Shown in pieces: positions 57,358 to 64,000 of a DNA stretch of 64,000 nucleotides; within the stretch, counting starts at the first letter, position 1; each line of letters begins with the position of its first letter. The position numbers and the translations under genes are program-made. The DNA comes from a virus. Its lineage: Duplodnaviria > Heunggongvirae > Uroviricota > Caudoviricetes. The notes under the pieces are model-generated. The model did no database searches and was not told where the DNA came from. It saw only the letters and a list, made by a program, of their open reading frames with translations. The stretch lies in IMG/VR virus record IMGVR_UViG_3300014205_000001, positions 317,413 to 381,412 of that record; one strand, given 5' to 3'.

Positions 57358-60300
57358 TGATTTGGAGAAAAAATGATAACAATCAATGGTATATTGCAAA
57401 TAACGATATACAATTTACAGATTTTAAAGAAAATTTAAAGTCAACCGATAAATTAAATATCGTACGTACAACTGATCAAAAACCAGTTATCTACATACCT
57501 ACACACAATATTCATGATGTGTATGAATGGTATCGTATGTTTAAAGATTCTCATTTAATTACTAACAATACTGATAAATACGGTTTTGCTATTCATGGTT
57601 TTTTTAATAAACAAAGAAGCGAAAGCATTCAAGGTTATTTCCCTAATTTATTAGAAGTAAAAGCTTCATCCACATCAACGTTAAAATATTTTGATGATGG
57701 TACAGATTATTTCCGTACAAGTGTCGATTACATTGACGATTTAAATGCTACATTTTCAACTTTGATAATTGACAATGTTGAAGTATTAAATAACGAAAAT
57801 ATATTATTAAAACATTTATATACAGAAAAACTTACTTTCTTCCCCATAATAGTATTCAGCAATAAATTATACATTAATGTCGATACAGGATTTGAAGATC
57901 GTTTAACAAAATTAAAAAAGAATAATTCGTGTCGTGTAAAATATAATACTAATTTATTTGCTACTGACACAATAAAAAATTTAGAATTAGTTACAGAAGA
58001 TATTGGATTTGGTAGTAATGATTACGTAATAGTAACATTAACAACAACATATTCAGGAATTATCTCTATTGCTGATTTTGAATTAGGAGAATGGACAATT
58101 GATACTGACAATCGTGAACAACACGGTGTGTATCAATTTTTAAATAATGAATTAATTTATTTATCTGAAATGACAGATAAGTATAAAACATACAATCAAA
58201 TTGTTTACACTTATCAAGGTGAAACAAATGCAAACAAACAATTTTATTTACGTCGTATCGAAGATACTTCCGATGTTTCAAAATACTCACTTTATCCTTA
58301 TAATGGTTTTGGTGTTCCTTTGATTTATTCAGAAGGTGAAGCATATTTAATTAAATGTCGTTTAGAATACACTTTAGATGCAACATCACCAACGCATCCT
58401 GGAGGTAGTCCGCCTTATGATAAAGATACTGATACATACAAGTTATTATTTTTAGATCATACACAAGCACGTAAAATATTAGGTGTCGATTCTAAAGGAA
58501 TCGGTCAATATTTGTTAAGTAATAATATCACTGTTGGTAATTTTGATGTAAATTACGATCAAGTAGATAATTTGATCTTAAGTATGAATTACAATTCAAC
58601 TGTTACAGGTGAAACAACAGGTAAAACTATTACGAACACAGGTTTAGGTGTATTATCAACAGCACAATTTGTGTCATCTCCTTCATCTCTTTATATTGAT
58701 CCGTATTTTGCAACAGGAACATTTGATACTTCAGTATTTAATACTTCTTTTGGTACACCTGACGATACAGATATTGTCGATAGCGTTGCAGGTAGAACTA
58801 TTACTATTACAGGAGATGTTACAGTTTCTACTGCAAATTATTTAAGCGTACCAAGTTCGGCACGATTCAATGGTACAAGTAGCGTAGCAATTAAAAGTGT
58901 AGAATTATTATTTACAGGTAGTGATGGTGAATCCGATTATCTTGATACATCGGGTAATGGTGTGGATATTTTTACTGACGGTATTTCTTCAAAAATAGAA
59001 TCAAATCGATTAAAAATATTTAACAGCGAAGGCGACGGTGCTATCCATTGGGATTATTCTACATTATTTGACACGTCTAAAGATTTTATCTTAGAAATGG
59101 ATATTGAAATTATAAATTATACTACACGTATTTATTTATTTTCGAAATCAGATTCACCTGCACCAAGCCCAGTAGGAAATGATATTATTATCTTATTAAA
59201 AGATTTAGATACTTTAGAAATTTATGCAGTGGATGATTTAACATTAATTTCAACTATTTCATTTACTGCAAGTACAGGTGGTCCTTTAAATACAAATCAA
59301 ATATATTCTTTTAAATTCACATATAATGTTGCAGATGCTGAATTACAAACATATATTGATGGTGTATCAATTGATACAACTAGTGTTACATTGACAGATA
59401 ATTATCAACAAAAAATCTTTGTAGCAGCAAGTGAAGGAACAGGTGTAATAGCTTTAGAATATTCAGATAGTGATTTTTATTTAGACAATATAACTTTTTC
59501 GCAACTTGATACAGCAACAGATTTCCCATATATTACAATTACTAATTCACCTGCAATTAGTTTTACAACTGATTTCGAATTAAAATTTTCTTTCCGTATA
59601 GAAAGTGGAATTGGTACAGGTAGTTTCGTATATTTTATCAATAAAGATACAGGTGCAAATAAATTTAGAATTTATTTGGAAGATGATTATTTAATGCATT
59701 TAGAAATTGGTGCGAATACAGTAGCTGTTGATATCGTAGCAGGATTAGGTATGTCACCAATTGCTTTAGATACTTGGTACGATGTAACATTTACACATTT
59801 AGGTGTCAATAACACTTTAAAAATCGATACAAATACTGTCACAACAAATACTTGGACTATTCCGAACACTGCAGCAGATATTATTTTAGGTAATGATACA
59901 ACATTTGATAATGTTGTGTGGTTTATGGATGATTTAACTGTAGGTGCACAAATATTTACATTTACAACATCTTATCAAAAAATAACATATAACAGTGATA
60001 TTAATTTTAATTTAGATTTTACAATGCAATTTAATTTACGTGTTGCGACGTTTACAAATTCAATTGTGTTATTCAATAAATCTAATAACAGTTTAGGTAT
60101 TTATGACTTTAAAGTAAAGTTATTAAATATGTCAACGATGCAAATATTTATTAATCAGAATGTAACTGCAACTGTTACTGTATCTCATGCATTTAGTACA
60201 AATACTTGGTATAAAATTGAAATTATTCGCAAATTAGGAGTATTAAAAGTTGAAATTAATGATGTTGATAAGGGTATTAACAATACTACGACAATTAATA

Positions 60301-63300
60301 ACAATTCAGTATATGATATGTACATCAATGCTGATAGCACTTCAGCATTAATTAGTTCACAGTCTAAATTTTATTTAGATGATTTTACAATTACAAAACA
60401 TACATTTGCGTTTGATCCGCATACAGTAACATTTAAAAATGAAGACAGCGAAGGTAACGATAATACGTTATTAGAATACGAAAATGATGTTTTATATGGT
60501 ACACCAACATTACCTACATATAAATTCCAACATCGTACATTAATGAACTCTAATGAAGTGTATTCTCGTACATTTTTAGGTAGTAGTCAAGTAACTTTAA
60601 CTCAATTAGCTTCAACAACAAGAATTAAAGGTACGTATGTAACTAATCCTAAATTCCGTGTGGACGACCCAGTGATTGTTGCTGATTCAGTTTCAACTTT
60701 TAACGTAGGTGATTTTGTGAATATCAAAATTGAATTTAAAAAAGATGGTGTGTTTTATACAGCACTTGAGGAACAATTTGTTATTACAGCAAAAACACAA
60801 TTAGACGCAACAGCAGTTGAATTTGCAGTTTTCCCACAATTAGATACTAATTTTATGGCAGAATATGCAAGTTATGTATCAGGTACAGATTTAATACGTT
60901 TAACAATTGAATGTGTAAACGTTTACGGTTCAGTGATTACAGATTATATCATAGATGAAGCAATTGGTGTAAAAAAATTAGTAGCTGCTTTAAATAAGAC
61001 AGTATTAGGAAAATTATATAGTATGAATTATGGACAAGATAATTCAAGTGAAGATTATTATTTAACGATTGATAATGTTAAACAAAATCATCGTTGGAAG
61101 TGGTCAAATCATGCTGTAGAAATTACAACTACTGAAATTGAAAATGCAGTGACAACTAATTTAGATTATGCTTATGATCATATCATAGATTCAAATTTAC
61201 GTAAATATTTTTATGACTATGATATTGTTGATTATTTAACAAATTATTTAGATGTATCAACACCTTATTTAGGACAAAATACTCAAGTATCAATAACATA
61301 TTCCAATGTATTAAATTCTGCTAATCGTTTAGGTGTGGAAGGTGGTAACAGAACAGGTAATAGTGGTAACATTATTTATTTTGGTTCAAATCATAAAGCA
61401 GCAATATTAGATAATATTAAACCTTCAACTTTAGTTAAATTTGACAATACAACTACAGCATATACAAAAAATATCACAGTAAAAGCAGTTGAATGGAATG
61501 ACGATTTACAAGTAGGTATTATCACGACATTAAGTGATATAACAATCCCTAGTAATGGTAATGCAATTCAAATGTTAGTAATTAACGATATTACTGCAGT
61601 TGCAACATATTTAAAAACTGTGTTCAATAAAAATATTAATGTTAAGGGTGACCCTGCTTTAAACGATTTTAGTTATTTAACTCATCCTGATTATAAACCA
61701 GATACTGCATCATACGCATACGCTATGTTAAATTATGGTCGTACGAATTCTACAGGTGCTTTAACCAAAAATACAGACATTTTAGAAAATGTTACAGGTA
61801 TAGTATATAAAGAATTTAATGAACCTAAAATTTCATTTTTGAAACGGGATAAGTATTTTGATTTTGGAAATTCAATTATTCAATGTGCAGTTAAAACAAA
61901 TGCAAATATCAATGTAAGTGTAGGTGCAACTCCAATTAATGGTGTAGCGTTAACTATTGGTGATTTAGTAATTGTAGGTTCACAATCGATTAATACACAA
62001 AATGGTATTTATATTTATCGTGGTGTAGGAGTACCTTTAGTACGTTATTCACCTTTCAATAAAGTAATTTTCTGGGAAGATACAAACACAAGCAATATTT
62101 ATCAAGCAATATATACTGACCCATTAATTTTAGGTTCAAGTGCTATTACTTTTACAGCTGCATTAATACCAACGTTAAAACGTGATAATCGTTTAACAAT
62201 GCGACCAATTGAAATTGCTAAATTGGGTGTAGATAATAAAACACAACCATGGCAAAAAATTTATTACAAATATGATTCATTAGAATTAGAAGAAAATAAA
62301 GTTGATATTACTATTGGTATTAACAGCAGACGACGTATACGTTTTATTGATGGATTAACTGAAAATAACATTACTAATAATATAGGTGGTCAAGGACAAT
62401 ATGCATGGATATTAAATGACGATGTTATTGTAGAAGATGCTGTTGTAGGTTGTACACAAACAAACGGTCCTGGTACAGGTCAATTGATTTGGTATACAGG
62501 TATTTGGGAAAATGGTTTGTGGGTTGATGGTATTTGGATTCAAGGTACATGGAAAAATGGTACATGGTTAAACGGTGAATTTAATACACATCCGATTCAA
62601 GATTTTTATACTTATGTGACAGTTGATTATAATACAGAAAATATTATCTTGTCAACATGGGAATCAGGTACTTGGGTTGATGGTAACTTTAATAATGGTA
62701 CAGTAACAACAATAAATTGGTTAAATGGAACATTCAACAAAGGTATCATCAATGATGGTACATGGCAAAATGGTATTTTTAAAAATGGTATCATTAAATA
62801 CATTCATTGGTTAAATGGAACATTTAACGGTGGTGATTTTGAAAAAGGTTTATGGTTTAACGGTGTATTAAATCAATTAGATGCAGAGATACCAGCACGC
62901 TTTGGTATTAAAGCAGATTCAACTACTGGAATTTTCCGTGATCGTGCAATTTGGTATCAAGGTCTTTTTACAGGTGGTGAATTTCATTCAGGCGATAATA
63001 CAACTAATAATGCAACAATTTGGTACACAGGTACATTTGAAGCAGGTTCATTTTATGGTGGAGCATTTATTTCAGGTAGTTTTAATAATTCTATTTGGTA
63101 TAATGGTGTGTTCTTTGGTGGTTACTATATTACTAATTTTGTTGACTTGACAGGTAGCAATAAACAATTAATAATTGATCCGACACAATACACTTCAAAA
63201 TTATATGATGGTACAACACAATCTGATCTTGATTTTCAAGATAATGAAGCTCACAATTTAGATAAGTATATTAAAGATTTTGTATTGATTGGTACACCTA

Positions 63301-63641
63301 CAGTTGGAACGACATTTAGTTGGAATGCATTTATTAATGTATGGCACGATACAGTTGCAACACCTTATCCATTAAAACAATATGCAAATAATACTGCAAC
63401 TAATACGAAATTAACATTAAGCATTGATTCTAATCCTGCTGATACAGTTTATATTACAGAAAATATTGCTTCCAATATACCCAAAGGAAATCCTTTTATC
63501 TGTGCAATGTTTACAAATTCTACATGGAAAAATGGCTTATTTATGAATGGTTACATGGAAGATACAGTGTGGGAGATGGGTAACTTCTTAAACGGATATG
63601 CTAATAATATTACTTTTGGGGTTAACTCATATACAGTTTAA
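57357..63641 (+). CDS. Giant virion structural protein (baseplate/tail-like) with LamG/ConA-like modules and C-terminal W-x-x-G repeats
   Basis: 2094 aa; WY.V...H/R....L..., F.LDD..I patterns typical of LamG-like domains; a 5-residue W/F..G repeat near the C-terminus. Confidence 0.7.
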   Translation: MIWRKNDNNQWYIANNDIQFTDFKENLKSTDKLNIVRTTDQKPVIYIPTHNIHDVYEWYRMFKDSHLITNNTDKYGFAIHGFFNKQRSESIQGYFPNLLEVKASSTSTLKYFDDGTDYFRTSVDYIDDLNATFSTLIIDNVEVLNNENILLKHLYTEKLTFFPIIVFSNKLYINVDTGFEDRLTKLKKNNSCRVKYNTNLFATDTIKNLELVTEDIGFGSNDYVIVTLTTTYSGIISIADFELGEWTIDTDNREQHGVYQFLNNELIYLSEMTDKYKTYNQIVYTYQGETNANKQFYLRRIEDTSDVSKYSLYPYNGFGVPLIYSEGEAYLIKCRLEYTLDATSPTHPGGSPPYDKDTDTYKLLFLDHTQARKILGVDSKGIGQYLLSNNITVGNFDVNYDQVDNLILSMNYNSTVTGETTGKTITNTGLGVLSTAQFVSSPSSLYIDPYFATGTFDTSVFNTSFGTPDDTDIVDSVAGRTITITGDVTVSTANYLSVPSSARFNGTSSVAIKSVELLFTGSDGESDYLDTSGNGVDIFTDGISSKIESNRLKIFNSEGDGAIHWDYSTLFDTSKDFILEMDIEIINYTTRIYLFSKSDSPAPSPVGNDIIILLKDLDTLEIYAVDDLTLISTISFTASTGGPLNTNQIYSFKFTYNVADAELQTYIDGVSIDTTSVTLTDNYQQKIFVAASEGTGVIALEYSDSDFYLDNITFSQLDTATDFPYITITNSPAISFTTDFELKFSFRIESGIGTGSFVYFINKDTGANKFRIYLEDDYLMHLEIGANTVAVDIVAGLGMSPIALDTWYDVTFTHLGVNNTLKIDTNTVTTNTWTIPNTAADIILGNDTTFDNVVWFMDDLTVGAQIFTFTTSYQKITYNSDINFNLDFTMQFNLRVATFTNSIVLFNKSNNSLGIYDFKVKLLNMSTMQIFINQNVTATVTVSHAFSTNTWYKIEIIRKLGVLKVEINDVDKGINNTTTINNNSVYDMYINADSTSALISSQSKFYLDDFTITKHTFAFDPHTVTFKNEDSEGNDNTLLEYENDVLYGTPTLPTYKFQHRTLMNSNEVYSRTFLGSSQVTLTQLASTTRIKGTYVTNPKFRVDDPVIVADSVSTFNVGDFVNIKIEFKKDGVFYTALEEQFVITAKTQLDATAVEFAVFPQLDTNFMAEYASYVSGTDLIRLTIECVNVYGSVITDYIIDEAIGVKKLVAALNKTVLGKLYSMNYGQDNSSEDYYLTIDNVKQNHRWKWSNHAVEITTTEIENAVTTNLDYAYDHIIDSNLRKYFYDYDIVDYLTNYLDVSTPYLGQNTQVSITYSNVLNSANRLGVEGGNRTGNSGNIIYFGSNHKAAILDNIKPSTLVKFDNTTTAYTKNITVKAVEWNDDLQVGIITTLSDITIPSNGNAIQMLVINDITAVATYLKTVFNKNINVKGDPALNDFSYLTHPDYKPDTASYAYAMLNYGRTNSTGALTKNTDILENVTGIVYKEFNEPKISFLKRDKYFDFGNSIIQCAVKTNANINVSVGATPINGVALTIGDLVIVGSQSINTQNGIYIYRGVGVPLVRYSPFNKVIFWEDTNTSNIYQAIYTDPLILGSSAITFTAALIPTLKRDNRLTMRPIEIAKLGVDNKTQPWQKIYYKYDSLELEENKVDITIGINSRRRIRFIDGLTENNITNNIGGQGQYAWILNDDVIVEDAVVGCTQTNGPGTGQLIWYTGIWENGLWVDGIWIQGTWKNGTWLNGEFNTHPIQDFYTYVTVDYNTENIILSTWESGTWVDGNFNNGTVTTINWLNGTFNKGIINDGTWQNGIFKNGIIKYIHWLNGTFNGGDFEKGLWFNGVLNQLDAEIPARFGIKADSTTGIFRDRAIWYQGLFTGGEFHSGDNTTNNATIWYTGTFEAGSFYGGAFISGSFNNSIWYNGVFFGGYYITNFVDLTGSNKQLIIDPTQYTSKLYDGTTQSDLDFQDNEAHNLDKYIKDFVLIGTPTVGTTFSWNAFINVWHDTVATPYPLKQYANNTATNTKLTLSIDSNPADTVYITENIASNIPKGNPFICAMFTNSTWKNGLFMNGYMEDTVWEMGNFLNGYANNITFGVNSYTV

Positions 63642-63671
63642 ACATTTTTTTAATGTTACTATATAAGTAAT

Positions 63672-63935
63672 ATGACAGAAGATAAAAAACAACAATCAGC
63701 AGACGTAACCGAAAATGAAGTAGTTCAAGCAGCGTTACAAGCAGCAAAACCAGTACGGTCAGATAATTTGCCGTTGGTCAATGATAAAGGTCAAAAACTA
63801 AGTCGCCGTTTTTTAGGTGATATTTTTGGTCGTGGTCAAGACAAAAAAGAATTTGAAACTTACCTAAAAGGTGGAAGTACTTTCAAATGGAAGAAAAGTA
63901 CTGTTACAGTTCGTCAAGAATATTTTTACGTATAA
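63672..63935 (+). CDS. Hypothetical protein
   Basis: 87 aa; CTATATAAG motif just upstream. Confidence 0.65.
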   Translation: MTEDKKQQSADVTENEVVQAALQAAKPVRSDNLPLVNDKGQKLSRRFLGDIFGRGQDKKEFETYLKGGSTFKWKKSTVTVRQEYFYV

Positions 63936-64000
63936 TGAAATTATCAAAGGCTATAAAAAAGATTCAAAAATCTTTAGCTACAGACCCAGATTATCGTAAT

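Noticed and set aside
53925-63641. Diversity-generating retroelement targeting the adhesin or tail genes
   Set aside because: No reverse transcriptase and no template/variable repeat pair seen in this window.
1-64000. Stop-codon recoding (code 15/4) as seen in some Bacteroidota phages
   Set aside because: Conserved genes translate full length in code 11 with tight packing, and no suppressor tRNA is visible.

Overview
This AT-rich 64-kb window looks like part of a large lytic dsDNA (T4-like/jumbo) phage genome. The host is probably a Bacteroidota species, inferred from the -7-type promoter motif and boxA-like sequences. Standard genetic code 11 gives long, tightly packed ORFs. Core genes: gp41/DnaB-like helicase, UvsX/RecA, DinG-like helicase, PhoH, GH19 endolysin, a partial tail-fibre-like gene and a 2094-aa virion protein. 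Between them lies a long accessory region, mostly on the + strand and driven by a repeated GCATATAATTGT promoter. It carries RNA-repair genes (Rnl1, an Rnl2/DRB0094-type ligase, two R2K-type ATP-grasp proteins), a Ter stress-system set (TerC, two TerD, TelA, HAD, PRTase) and a PRPP-synthetase-like + Nampt-like pair matching the NARP1 NAD+ reconstitution pathway. The most striking element is at 49.4-53.0 kb. A TROVE/Ro60-like (DUF2828-type) vWA protein gene is followed by a 1.7-kb non-coding tandem array of about 14 RNA modules. Each module has a different 7-11-bp closing stem, a conserved ACAGCAA motif and a variable cargo: circularly permuted tRNA domains (YrlA-like), lone T-arms or lone anticodon stem-loops. 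This is a candidate phage Ro60/Y-RNA-array system. A separate 272-nt tRNA-scaffolded RNA with a hugely expanded anticodon region lies at 40.2-40.5 kb. All family assignments come from motifs read by eye and recalled knowledge; no database search or folding program was run.
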